DNA of 64,000 bases, taken from contig NW_024704745.1 of NCBI RefSeq assembly GCF_018977255.1, positions 41,106,001 through 41,170,000 of the forward strand. The letters run 5' to 3'. Both the position numbers and the translations under genes were made by a program. Shown here one piece after another: positions 38,100 to 51,600 of this stretch; within the stretch, counting starts at the first letter, position 1, and each line of letters starts with the position of its first letter. The DNA comes from Callorhinchus milii (taxonomy: Eukaryota). Below the pieces are notes generated by a model. The model was not told the origin of the DNA. It made no database searches and saw nothing but the letters and a program-made list of their open reading frames with translations.

Positions 38100-38560
38100 A
38101 CATCTTGCACTTATATAGCGCCCTCCATGTAAGGTATCGTTTCAGAGCGCTTAACAGTGGTGGAGCCTGACTCCGAGCTGGGGGAGAGGGGGCGGGGGGA
38201 GGTGACTGTAAGCATGGTGGAAAAGGAAGATTTTCAGGTGGGACTTGAAAAAGAGGAGAGAGGTGGCAAGGCGAAGGGATTGAGGGAGAGTGTTCCAGAG
38301 TTTCGGGGTGTAGTGGCTTAATGTGTGACCTCCAATGGTGAAGTGGTGGCGAGCAACAAGCAGGAGGCCGGTGCCAGTCGAGTGGAGGTGCTGAGTAGTG
38401 GATTGGGCAATGAGGAGGTCGGAGAGGTAGGGAGATGCCAGAGAGTGAAGGGATTTGAACACAAGTGTGAAGATCTTGAAGTCAATCTGTTTGGTGATGG
38501 GGAACCAGTGGAGCCTGGCCACAAGTGGTGAGATGGGGGTACAGAGTTTGGTCTGGGTAA
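38100..38560 (-). mobile_element. L2 3' fragment
   Basis: [33 protein letters not shown]. Confidence 0.88.
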
Positions 38561-39384
38561 AACAGAACATAACATCCTTTCTTCAATAAATGTAGCCATT
38601 TTTTAATCTTAATCCCACTGGGGAATCCCAAAGATTATCCTGTTATTTCTTCTACCACTTATTCAAAAGCTCAAATTTAGATGCTATGCTGTGTCATTCT
38701 TACGATAGAGACATGTAACGCCAGTGCAGTAATACTCTTCTCCTTTTCTGACAGCTGTTCCTGTTTGCCCCAGTCATTTGTTCTAAGTATATCTTAGAAT
38801 GTTGTTGTGTCCTTATGTCTTGCTCACCCTTTAATGGATTCTAGTGAATTTTAGAGGGGCAAGATCTACGTAGAGTCCAAGGTCCTTCTTCGAGTGCCTG
38901 TTTGATCTGAGGGGCCTTGAGGTGGCTGTCTTAATGTGATTGAGGATCCTGAACACATGTTACTGTCAATAAAAGTTGATTTATGGCTGTGGTATATTTT
39001 TTTATTTACAGTATGTTTATGGTTGGCTTTGTAGATATAACTAATTATTAACTTTTGCATTTATTACTGGATGATTAGGAATTATTCCAGATATGGTACA
39101 ATGGATAACTAACCATTTCAACAATAACAAATTACATTTGTATAGCGTCTTTCACATCAGAAGGACATCCCAAAGCGCTGGACAGTCAGATCCGCACCCA
39201 AGCTGGTGATTTGAATGTGGAGGGCGGGGAGGGTAGGGCTAGGAGGGTGACTAAAAGCCACTTAAGGTCAAAGAGGAGAGTCTTGAGACAGGTCTTGAAG
39301 GAGGCAAGGGGAGGGGGGGGTGAGCTGGAGGAACTCTGGGATGGAGTTCCAGAGGGTGGGGACAGAGAAGCTATAGAATCTATA

Positions 39385-39958
39385 CAAAACACTAGTTAGG
39401 CCTCAGCTGGAGTACTGGGTCCAGTTCTGGGCACCTTACTTCAGGAAGGACATTAAGGCACTGGAAAGGGTGCAGAGGAGATTCACGAGAATGATACCAG
39501 GAATGGGGAACCTTAGCTATGAGGACAGGCTGGAGAAGTTAGGACTTTTCCCATTAGAGCAGAGAAGATTACGCGGGGACCTGATAGAAGTCTTCAAGAT
39601 CATGAAAGGTTTTGACAGGCTAGATAAGGAAAAGCTGTTTCCGCTGGTAAGTGTGTCTGAGACCCCTGTCTTAAAGATATCTACCAAAAGAAGCAGAGGG
39701 GAGGTTAGAAGAATTTTTTTTTACTCAGCGAGTTGTTTGAATTTGGAATGATCTGCCTGAAAGGGCAGTGAAGTCCGATTCGATAACAGCTTTTAAGAGA
39801 GAACTGGATAGGTATCTGGGGAAGACGGGTTTGCAGGGTTATGGGGAGAAAGCTGGTGATTGAGGTTAGTGAAAGTGACTTGCTCTGTCAAAGAGCCGGC
39901 ACAGACTCGATGGGCCGAATAGCCTCCTTCTGTGCCATAACATTCTATGAATCTATGA
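39385..39958 (+). mobile_element. CR1-clade LINE 3' fragment inserted into a minus-strand L2 (about 39120-40280)
   Basis: QRRFTRMIPGMGNLSYEDRLEKLGLFPLEQRRLRGDLIEVFKIMKG, tail TTCTATGAATCTATG, and L2 sequence on both sides. Confidence 0.9.
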
Positions 39959-40799
39959 AAAATAAGCTGAAGACCTGCCTGTCAATGGTGAGGCGGGCAA
40001 GGTGGGGGATGTGAAGCAGGCTGGAGCGCGCTGAATGGAGGGAGCGGACAGGTTGGTAGGGGGTGAGGAGTTCACAGAGGTAGAGAGGAGCAAGACCGTG
40101 GAGGGTTTTGATGCCGAGGGTCAGAGTCTTGAACTGTATCCTCTGTGTGATGGGAAGCCAGTGGAGTTGGGCGAAGATGGGGGTGATAGGGTCGTGGAGG
40201 ACACAGATGCAGAGTTCTGGATGATCTGCAGCCTATGGACGGAGGGGAGGCAGGCAAGCAGGGAGTTTGCGTAGTTGAAACTGGATGTAAAATCAATAAT
40301 GATATACATTGGGGAGTTTGCTATTATTGGTGGTTTGCAAAATTCTCATTCATCCTCAGGGAAGACTCTGTTTGTATCTAAGTCTACATCAGCTTCTTGG
40401 GAGAGTGTAGGTGCAGGGAAGCTTTGGGTGAGTTATTAAAATAGCAGAGAGGTCAATTGATCAGTGGGGGGAGTGGGAGTGACAGAAACTGAGTATACAT
40501 CCATCACCAAACCTAGATTTCCACACATCTCACCTACACATGGGAATTCCTGAGATATGTATTGGAATGGAATGCGCACTCTCTCCCTGGAGGGACGCAT
40601 CCTGCTTACCTAATCCTGGTGCAAGTTAGCAAGAGCTTGCGGACCCCAGAATGTGCATTGGGGGGGTACTACCGGAGTGTAACCAGCTAAAACGGCAGAG
40701 CTTACCATTCGGCGCACATTTACCTGAACCGTTGCCGCGTGCGATTGGATCCGAGTTTCCTCAGAGATACCGGTAATCAAAAAAAAAGTCTGCGGTCCA

Positions 40800-41060
40800 A
40801 AATCCAGAAGTGGCCCAATATGACGTTGCCGACTATTGGTCGGTCTTTAAAGCGGAAGCAACGTTTGCGGGTTTACATTGAAACATCTTAAAATTCGGCG
40901 CCCGTCCAATGTGACCCAAACCCGCCCAATCGGAAGTGAACCCGCCCAATCTGCTGGTGTGCGCATGCGTCGGGGAAAAAAAAAAGGCGGCAGCGGATGA
41001 CGCATGCGCGCCGTGTGGCTGGCGATCGGCCTTTGGCAGTGAAGGCGGAGCTGGGAAACC
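40800..41060 (+). promoter_or_regulatory. CpG-island promoter of paralog copy 4
   Basis: CCCG(C/T)CCAAT at 40901, 40921 and 40941. ETS-like CGGAAGTG at 40931. NRF1-like TGCGCATGCG at 40960 and CGCATGCGC at 41001. No TATA box seen. Confidence 0.75.
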
Positions 41061-44000
41061 ATGATAGCCACCGGGAAGTGTGTCCTCCACCAGAGCTCCG
41101 ACAGCACCGGTGTGAGCGGCGTATCGGGAACCGTGATTTTCGAGTGGGACGTAAGTAACAGTACCGGCGGCGTTGCCGGTAAACACACGGCCGCACCTCA
41201 CTCACTCACAATGTCGTCGCTCTCGAAATTACCGCCTAAACTCAAGAGCCGCGGTTGGAAGCGCACGGCGGTGGGTGTTGACGCCGCGCGAGCGCTTCCA
41301 TTGACGCACGAGAAATAAACCCGAGCAGCGACCCGCCGCGGCCACGGTAACGACTGGCCGTTGTGAAGCTGTGGCTGCCATCAGGGGGAGCCGTCGATGG
41401 CAGTTTGTTTTAACACCAAAGAGAGACTGTGTTTGTGCCTCGAAGGACCTGCGGGTGTGTGTCCGAGTGAGAGTTACGGCTGTACGTCATCCCGCATCCC
41501 GAGCAGCCGTACACCGCCCTCCCGCACCTCCTCATAACCGTCATGGCCGCCGCGACCTCCCCCACTGCGGGAGGCCAGGACACGGCCCCATGTTGTGGCA
41601 GGGACCAAAGATTGCGGGGCGTAATTGTGGAGGATCAGTTTGGTCACTCACTCCGTGACTGTTTGTGGGGCACTGCTGTGCGCAATTGGCTGCCACGTCC
41701 AGCCCACAATATACACAGTCACTCCACTGTACAGTATGTTCTGTGAAGCGCTTTGAGACGTGATGAGACGTTGTATCAAATGCAAGGACTATTATTATCA
41801 GTTGGGCCAAAGGGGCCATCTTCACTCAAACTGATTTTGTGGTCAGCCTGCACAAGAACAACAACAACAACAGCATTTACATAGCGCCCTCCATGCCAGG
41901 CGGCGTCCCAGAGCGCTAAACAATGATGGAGCCCGATGCCGAGCCAGCGGGAGGGGGAGAGGGAAGGTGACCACAGGCAAGGGCAAAGACGGAGGTCTTC
42001 AGGCGCAAACTGAAAATGGGGAAAGAGGGGGCAAGGCGAAGGGATTGAGGGAGGGAGTTCCATAGCTTCGGGCTGTAGTGACTTGTAGTGTCTGAAGGCA
42101 TGGTGGAGCGGAGGATTCGAGGGACAAGGAGGAGGCCGGAGCTAGTAGAGCGGAGGCAACGGGTAGGGCTGTGAGGATAGAGGAGGTTGGAGAGATAGGG
42201 GTGCCAAGGCGTGAAGGGATTTAAACACTAGAGTGAGGATCTTGAACTCAATCCACTCTGTGACAAGGAGCCAATGGAGGTCACAAGAGAAATTGACATG
42301 AATAAGGAAGGTAGGTCACTGTAGCCCATCTGATCTCATTCTTCCAGAACATCCACTTGAATGTCAACAACAACTTACATTTATTATAGCACCCTTCACG
42401 TGGGATAGTATCTTGGAGCCCTTAACAGTGGTGGAGCTTAACTCCGGCCTTGCATCAACAGCATTCAGCTTTTTTAAAAAAACAAGTTCAGTCTCCTGGC
42501 CTCAACCTGTTCCTGGCCGATACTCCTCCAGATAAAATTGCTTGTTTCCTTTCATGGCTGTTTGTGGGACATTGTTGTGTAAAGATTGGTTGCTGTGTTC
42601 GCCTACAAATACATTGCCTACACTTTACAGTAAAATCCTGTGAATTGTTTTGAGGTGTTTTGACGCTGTATTAAGGCACTAATATCAAATGGAAGAATGA
42701 TTTTTATTAATCTCTGGGTAAATAATAATTCCTGTCATTTGCCATTTGCAACATTGAACCTGTGTCTTCTTGTGTCCTCGGTTTAACATCTCACCTGAAA
42801 GACATCACCTCCAACAATGTAGCCGCCCGCAGCTCGTATCGACAGTCCTATTTCACGTAGACATCATTTTCTGTAAAATAACAAAACATAAACTATTTAT
42901 TTGTTCACCTTCCCTTTTCTGTACTCGAGTCCGTATCCCTTTGGTTTAGATTTTTTTGACCATGTTACATGACAAGTTATAAAGGTTTGATTTAACTCTT
43001 TTTTACCAAACTTTTTAGGAAACTGAAGAAGTGTTAATAAAAGGAACCATTAGCGGCTTGTCTCCTGGAAAGCATGGCCTTCATGTTTGCTCCTTTGGAA
43101 ACATTACTGATGGTATACTTCAATCTTGTGTTTCCAAATAACAGATCTTGTTTGATAATCAACAACTATAATTACAGTATATGAATCTTACCTAAAATAT
43201 GAACTAATCTGAATTTTTAGTTATAGTTAAATGAATTACTGGATTTGATTGGATTTTTCAAAGTAATCTTTGTTAACATGCAAGAAATTATGAACTGTTA
43301 AGCAGATAACCCAGGGGTCTCAAATGGCTTTAATGTCGATAAATATAATGTCATGCATATCAGAACAGGCGATGCATATCTCCTGTAGCTTTGAAGTCCT
43401 GTAGCTTATTGGTTAGAGCACTCGCCTCGCAAGCGAGAGGACCTGGATTTGATTCCCAGTCAGGACGAAACATTGGGCAAGTTTCCTTATTCCACACGCC
43501 TCTGTTTCATCTAGCAGTAAGTAGGAACCCGGTTGTTAGTTGAATGGCAGATGGATTTTCTGGGGGTAATAATTCCTGACTTAAAAAAAAAATTTGGTAA
43601 CTCAATCCACGACTGTTTGTGGGACACTGCTGGGTGCGATTTGCTTTTGCCACAAAAGACCTTCCTTTTCGACCGTGTCTCCGGTCATTTCTGCTCGACG
43701 TCAGGCTCCGCCACTGTCAAGCACTCTAGGATCCTACCTTGGGTGAGGGGTGCTATATAAATGCAAGTTGTTGTGAAAGCATGGTGTGTCAGATGCCTGA
43801 CTAACCCCCCAAAAAGTGTATGGATTTTTTTTGAAGCATCATGATTGCTCCCTTCAATGTCTGAAATGTGGTACTGCAGCCTATTGGACCATGGGTGGTT
43901 GCTTGGAACAAAATGAGATACAGTAATTGGCTCATCAAGCCCACTCCTTGTTCAGATCATGCATGAATGTTATTATAATCTACAACCCACTCACTATTAT

Positions 44001-47000
44001 CTTTGGGAGATATTCTGTATAGAAAATCCTCAATCACCAAAGGTGAAGCAAAAACTCCCAATATTCATCATCTCCACTGCTTCTCATATATACACCTCCT
44101 GTCCCATAATCCTGATTTCTTGTTCCCATTTTCTTCATAAATATATGCAATGTCATTGTTGAACAGAATCACATCATTATGGTGACTCCCTATATGGACA
44201 ATTATTATTTTATGCACTCAACTGTTAGGTAGGTTGAGGATAGCTCTAGTTGTGCTGAGTACTTTTACTTCCCTATTTGCATATTTTGGAAATGTTAGAA
44301 TTACGTACTCTATAATTGCATACTGTTTTGTTTCTCTTTATATTACTGGAAAAAATGATAAGGTCCATTATTTTTATCTCTTAGGTTATTTCCATTCAGG
44401 AGATCATTATAACCCATGTGATAAAAAACATGGTGGACCACAAGATGAAGAGAGGTGAGATTTAGATTTAATTATGGTATTTTAAGCGTTAAACACCTTG
44501 ACGAGCAAATTTAAGATTTGTTTACCTCTCTGTCTTAGAACAATACTATAAATCTGCAAAATAATATTGGTAAATGCAGTCAAATGAAAATTCTTTCACA
44601 ACAACAAAATTACATTCGTATATCGCCTTTCACGTCAGGACAGACAGCGTTTTCACTATATGAAATTGAAAATTTGTTCAACTGCATTTGGTGATGAATA
44701 AAGACGTGGATACATTTCATTAATTATTCAGGGTATTTAAGTAAATGAGTTTTCCAAGTAAATCTTTTTTCCCCCAGATTGGCCATGGGGACTTTAATTT
44801 TCTGTTTTCCCAGCACCAGAAGAGATGTATAGGGTATATTGTGTGGGAGCTGGAAATAGGGCAAACTTGATGGCCCCTGGGCCTTTTTGCTCTTTTTAGT
44901 TATGTATGCAGCAAATATGTGTGCATGTATCTTTCTGTTGTTTCTTAATCTGAAAGTGTTTTTATTTAAATAATTTTAGAACCAATTTCTCCAGTGCCGG
45001 AGCTATTTCCAGCAGAGGCATGATACCCAAAATTGTCTCCTGTGCTGTAAATCTTCTGTGATTGCTATGAAATTAATTCCATCATTAATGCCATCAAAAC
45101 TGGGCCCAATGGAGAAAATTTGCATGTATTTTTGCTCAATAAATTTGGCTCCTTGTACGCTTTGGAGACAATTACTGTGTCAATTACTATGGTTCAAGCA
45201 GATCTGCACTTGTAATATATTCCCACCAGCCAGAAACATACATTTTCAGAAGAGAAGGATGTAATTTAGCCTATTCCGTCTACCACAATGTGTATTGTGT
45301 TTTTGGTTTGTTGGATGTCTGACACAAGCAGGAACCCATCATTGTACTTAAGGTATCCAAGTTCTATGCATCCCACCTACACATAGAAATGCTTGTGTAT
45401 TGGAATGGAATCACACTGTCTCCCTTGGAAGATCGCATCCTTCTTACCTAATTCCAGAGAGTATAAGACCCAGGCTGGCAAACTACAATATTGCCACCTT
45501 GTTACAAATTTCACAACTAGCTGAGATTTACCTCTTTTGAGGTCCCCCTGCTTAGTCTGTAATCTAATTCCTTAAACTCTTTTTTTAAATATGAATCCTC
45601 TTTTCTATATTATTGGTTGCAGAATAAACTGCAGAGATGAATGTCAGTGTTTGTTTTCCTGTCCTATACTTTTGTTTTAATTTTCAATATCTTGTAAAAA
45701 TTATTGATTACGGCAACAGTGATTGATAACCTTCTGATTGGGTATATTGAAAGTATTGGAATAGTATAAATCTTTATCCCCAGTATCTGATTTTTAATCT
45801 GAGGACATATCCATATTTACAACATAACTTCAACAACATACAGCAAAATTTGCAGAGCACTCTTGTTTATGTCTAGTTTTATGAATTTATTATAACTCTT
45901 TTTAATCTACTCTAGACATGTAGGTGACCTTGGAAATGTGGAAGCGAGTGATTCAGGTGTGGCTGAGTTTCAAATGCATGATCGACTACTCCGTCTGGCA
46001 GGAAATTATTCAGTAATTGGACGTACTTTGGTGGTAAATATTGTGTTCCAGCAGCCACAATTCATTAAATGTCAGACTCCTAACAAGATGATTGCCCATG
46101 CAAAAATCTTAGTCTGGATTGTTTTTTTCAAATTGAATGTTTAGGTCTTACTAGTTTTTAGTTTTTAGGTCTTACTAGCTGAATGTTTTGCTGGGATAGA
46201 TTTTCTTTTCAGATGCCAGGACCAATTTCTGGGAATAGTACACAATCAAACTATTTAACTCTCATCCAGTTTTCCATAATATACTTCAGTGTATTTATCC
46301 CTAAATCTAATAATTGACTGTATAATCATGACATTTTGGATGGTTAATAGCCAATAACCTTAACACGAAGTTAGAGGGAGTATTTGAGTTACCAGCAGGC
46401 AGGACTGGCACAAAGTGTTCAGCGAAGCCAACAACAACTTATATAGAGACCCTCATGCAGGATAGCATTTATATTGAGACCCTCATGCAGGATAGCATCC
46501 CAAAGCCAACCTCGTATCAAATACACTTACTTGATTGCTGATCTCAATGCACACATCTTGGAGATTAAGTCATAGCCTGAGACAATTTGCTACAGACACA
46601 AATGCTACAATTTGTATCTGTATTTGCTTACAAATACACAGTTCTCCATTTCACAGTAATTCCTATGAAGCGCTTTGTGACATTCTTCCGATGTGTGCAA
46701 TTCACCCACAAAATATACAGTCAATTCACTTTACAGTGTATTCTGTGAAGCGCTTTGAGACATGTCAAAAACGTGATAAGTAGCTATATCAAATGAAAGG
46801 ATTATAATTATTCAGCTCAACGTGCGCAAAACTGAGGCCCTCCTGATTGGCTCGCGTCAGCGCCTCCGCACCTCAGGCGCTGACAGCATCAGCATCCAGG
46901 GCTGCACTCTCCACCTCTCAAAGCCAATCAGGGACCTCTGCGTTCTGTTCGACCCTGAGCTGTCCTTTCTTCCTCATATCCGCGCCACAACTGGCACCGC

Positions 47001-48788
47001 CTTCCATCACCACCGAAACATCGCCAGACTACGGCACTACCTCATCCCTCACGCTGCTGAAACTCTGGTCCACGCCTTTATCACCTCAAGGCTGGAGTAT
47101 GGGAACTCTCTCCTCGCCGGCCTTCCCTCCACAAGCTGCAGGTCATTCAGAACTCTGCAGCTCGTGTACTGTCCCGCACCAGGCTTCGCGACCACATCAC
47201 TTCCACCCTCGCTCGCCTCCACTGGCTCCCCATCCCCCAGAGGATCGAATTCAAGATCCTCATCCTCACCTACAAGGCCATTCACGGCTTTGCTCCCTCC
47301 TACCTCTCCGACCTACTATCCCCCTACCTACCTGCCCGTACCCTCTGTTCCTCTGGTTCCGGTCTGCTCCACATCCCCCGCCCCAACCGCCCTACCATCG
47401 GTGGCCGGGCCTTCAGCCTCTGAGCCCCGAGGCTCTGGAACTCCATCCCCCAGTGCCTTCGCCGCCTCCTCCCTTTCCTCCTTCAAGGCCAGTCTCAAGA
47501 CCTTTCTCTTTGACCGTGCCTTCAGCTCCCCTCTCGACTCTCTCTCTATCCCCTCCTCGCTCCCTCCCTTCCCTCCCCTCACCCTGACCATTTCCCCCCT
47601 GCTCGGGTACCGACCCAACTGTACAGCGCCTTGGGACGTCCTCCCGACGTGAAAGGCGCTCTATAAATGGAATCTTGTTGTTATAACAATCCTGAATAAT
47701 TTTCAATTAGGTGGATTGATGAGAGGTTTGATTTTTGAACTACCTGTAGGTTCTTGTTCCACCAGCTGGAGTGGTAGTTTCTTACACACATTTTTACTAA
47801 AAATATTTCTGTAGCATTTCCGATTCTCTTGTCCTTATTTTCAAGAAATTAATCTTATGTTGCTGATTCATATTTGTACATATTTTGTACAAAACTTATT
47901 TGAATCCAAATTTTCTAAACTATATCTGAAGTACCTTTATCCAGCTCTGTCGTGGTACTCCCTTCTAAAGAGAGAAAGATTCCAGAACAAAGGTAGGTGT
48001 GTGCTAGGTTTTGGCTCACATATCAAGGTTTGCTGATTTAGTGTCCGAGAAGATCCAATCTTTCATCAGAGCTCTATTCCTTAAATTCTATTTTGTTGAA
48101 CAATAAGACATTATCAATAGGGTAAAACTAACCTGTCTCACGGCGGACTAACCCCAGCTCATGTTCACTATTAGTCACTGAAGTAATAACCTGCCACTGG
48201 ACTTCCTACTACAATTGAACATCGATTTTGAATTAGGAAGATCAAAACCAATGCTCAAATGTGGTTCCACTACATCCACATTGAATTTTGAAACTGCCAG
48301 GGATGTTACACTCTTAACTGTATATTCCAACATTTTGCTTTTTTTTATAACTATTTCAGAATTAGTGACCATCCGACTAATACCTTAAGCTCTCCCTTCT
48401 GTTGTGCTACCATTAGGATATTTCCATTCTGTATATAGACCACACTACCCTTTCTTCTCCATAATCTCATACATTTTCATTCTTTGTATTAAACTATATC
48501 TACCACCTTTATGTCCATATATCCAGAAAGCCTAGAAGGCTCCAATAGATATCCTTATTTTAGTAACCACTTAAAACTCTTGTGTTGATAGTTAAAGCTA
48601 CAAGTGCTGATATCTTTGTTTTACATTTGTTAAAGGTGACTGAAAACGAAGATGACTTGGGCAAAGGTGGAGATGAACAGAGCCTTACAACAGGAAATGC
48701 TGGAAAAGGTTTAGCTTGGGGAATAATTGGAATAGTTAGTGAATTTTGCCCAGCAAGTGAAGATTTAACACAAAAATCTAAAGAATGA
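41061..48788 (+). CDS. SOD1-like paralog (copy 4), 5 exons, 174 aa
   Basis: Exons 41061-41150, 43019-43112, 44385-44454, 45916-46033, 48636-48788, all GT-AG. Protein [174 protein letters not shown]. Confidence 0.92.
41857..42280 (-). mobile_element. L2 3' fragment in intron 1 of copy 4
   Basis: [27 protein letters not shown], with a (CAA)n tail on the plus strand. Confidence 0.85.
46812..47682 (+). mobile_element. L2 3' portion, young subfamily, in intron 4 of copy 4
   Basis: [34 protein letters not shown]. Closely similar to 56932-57805. Confidence 0.92.
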
Positions 48789-50044
48789 CAGTGTTTGATT
48801 ACAGATCAAAGTATGCTGTATTAGCATACTGCAATTGATGTCAAATTGCATTGTTTGGTACAGTATATAAAGAGGCTGTTGTGTGGATTCAGAGTTTAAT
48901 TCTGCCGATTTTACAATGCTCAATAATATGTTATTATTCTGTCCATTTTTACAGTGCTCATAATATTTATTCATGTTCAACCAAACTTAGCCTTAATTTT
49001 TGGCTGTATCTACCAAATGCTATTAAAGTTAATACCCCCAGTCTTAATCTTTTGTGGCTGTGTATATTTTCACATTATTTCTGTTGTCATAAAAACTGTT
49101 TCACTAAATGTTAGTCCTTGTTCCTTGTCAGATATAATGCAACTTATGGAAATGGGTATGTTAGAATCTGACCATATCCCTAGCATTTCTATAAACTAAA
49201 TGGCTAGAATTTTTTTTAGATCTGCGTGATTAATATTAGATATGGGGGGGAAAACATAAATTGTTCCCCAAAGACTCAATTTAAATAATTTAATATTTTA
49301 ACTATTTTGAATTCCTTTCAATGTCTAGATATATATTTAGACATTACCAGTTCATTATGTATTTCATTGACTTACTTGTACAATCCAATATTCTGTGAAT
49401 TTCTCATATTTGCTCTTTCATTAATTTGTGAGTACTATTTGTTAAATTATTAACACTCTGATTAATGCTGATTTATGGTGTATCCTTGCTTTTTTTCATT
49501 CATGTTCCAAGTATAAATGAGAAATTCTATCTTCCAGTGCAGAGTGAGGGATCAACGAGGAACACTATCCCTTTAAGAGCCTTGCACCATGCTCACTGAC
49601 AAATTTACTTGACACCACATTTTACATTCTATCCACGTGACCGGATTTAGTAACTCATTTTAGTGGGGAAAGAATTACCAAAGGTGACAATGTATTGAAA
49701 TGTGAAGCTATTTGAGGTGTGTTCTGAGTACAAAATATTTAAATTTAGTTTTTCTCTGTTAGTAAAACAAATTAGCTACTTTCGGTGCTCTTTGTAGTTT
49801 GGGAAATATTCTTGTTTATATTGCTTATGAGTGTTTTGTTTTGCAATTGCATGTTTCATTGCTGGGCTAGGACAATATCATTTTGAGTATTGGTTGTTTA
49901 TTCGGTCATGCATTCCCTGTTGTAGATAGTTACAACCATTACATTGACTTGTTATCTAAATATGACAATGCTGTTTAAACACTTAAAACATATCCAGGTT
50001 TTAGGGTTCATAGTGGAAGGAAATGTGCAGTGCTTTGGTGATCT

Positions 50045-50370
50045 GAGTCCTGTAGCTCAGTGGTTAGAGCACTCGCTTTGCAAGCGAGAGACCTGAGTTC
50101 AATTCCAGGCAGATGGCGAAACCTTGGGCAAGTTTCCTTACTCCACACACCTAATAATAATCCCTCCAAAACCCAAAACAATAATAAATTGGTCATTTTC
50201 AATCTACGACTGTTTGTGGGACATTGCTGTGCGCAATTGGCTGCCGCGTTCGCCCACAAATATACAGTCAATTCACTTTACAGTACATTCTGTGAAGCGC
50301 TTTGGGACGTCCTCCCGACGTGAAAAGCGCTATATCAAATGCAAGGATTATTAAGGATTATTATTATTAT
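50045..50370 (+). mobile_element. tRNA-derived SINE, full length, young
   Basis: GAGTCCTGTAGCTCAGTGGTTAGAGC (box A)..GAGTTCAATTCC (box B), Deu-like core, tail matching L2, (TTA)n end. Many shorter 3' fragments of this family occur elsewhere, for example ~1060-1225, 2360-2670, 2890-3150, 8240-8410, 15140-15320, 18400-18515, 22540-22840 and 41640-41800. Confidence 0.93.
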
Positions 50371-51439
50371 CTTGAAAGATGAGATAACAATATTTGCATT
50401 TGATATACATTCTGTACACATTGAAGCATTTCACAGGTAATTTCTGTCAAACTCGTGATAATATTTGTAGACAAACACAGCAACCAATTTTGGGTACAGG
50501 AAGATCCTACCAATAGCTGTGAAATGGATGACCAATTTATGTGGATGATTGTTGGCTAGGGCAATATCATCTTCCTATTGTCAAAAGCTTGATGGATCTT
50601 TAATGTCTATCTAAATGGTAGACATAACCTCAAATTAAGGTTTTAGCTGAAGGGCTATACTTCACAATGTTGTACTGGTACTCGAAGGAAGTTTCCAAAT
50701 ATCCTGCCAGATAATCCTCTAGATAAAAAAAGGTCATTTATTTCGCTTTGGTACGTTGGAGTGTGCAAATTGGCTATTGCGTATACTGCTATATCAAATG
50801 CAAGGATTATTAATTTTTGTGCAGTATTTGCTTTGAATTCACAGATTATATTCTAAAACAGTTCTCCCCTGAGCAGCACAGGCTTTCTGTTAAGATGTAC
50901 TGCTGTTGAAAGTGACTATTAATACTCTTAGCAAGTTATGAATCACCTATTCAATAAAATTGTTTCACCCACAGAATACAAAATCACTTTTTAACAACAA
51001 CAACTTGGATTTATATAGCGCTCTCTATGATGGACGGTGTCTCAGCACTTCACAGTATCGGATCCCGGGGCCGAGCCAGGGGGAGAGGGAAGAAAGTGAC
51101 CAAAGGTAAGGTCGAAAAGGTCTTTAGCCGAGACCTGAAAATAGGAAGAGGGGGTGACCCTTCAGCTCCCCTCTCGACTCTATCCCCTCCTCCCTCCCTT
51201 CCTTCCCCTCACCCTGACTATTTCCCCCCTCCTCGCCCCCTCCCCCTGACCATTTCCCCACTGCTCGGGTCCTGACCCAACTGTACAGCGCCTTGGGACG
51301 TCCTCCCGACGTGAAAGGCGCTCTGTAAATGGAATCTTGTTGTTGTTGTTGTTCGAGACATCTTGAAGACGTGATATGGCGCTATATCAAATGCAAGGAT
51401 CATCATTATTATAAAATGCATTAGGCTCAGCCTGTGATG

Positions 51440-51600
51440 CCCTGCCCCCCCCCCCCCAACCCCCTGCCCTGCCTGCCCCCCCCCCGCCCTGCCTGCCCCC
51501 CCCCCCCCCGCCCTGCCTGCCCCCCCCCCACCTGGCCTGCCCCCCCCCCCCCCGCCCTGCCTGCCCCCCCCCCCCCCCTGCCCTGCCGCCCGGCCCCGCC
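51440..51600. repeat. C-rich tandem repeat (CCTGCCTG plus C-run) upstream of copy 5
   Basis: Seen directly. Confidence 0.85.

Noticed and set aside
48777-48788. Peroxisomal targeting signal at the end of copy 4
   Set aside because: The protein ends in SKE, not an SKL-type PTS1.
50045-50120. tRNA gene
   Set aside because: The tRNA-like sequence continues into a SINE body and LINE-like tail and recurs many times in the window.
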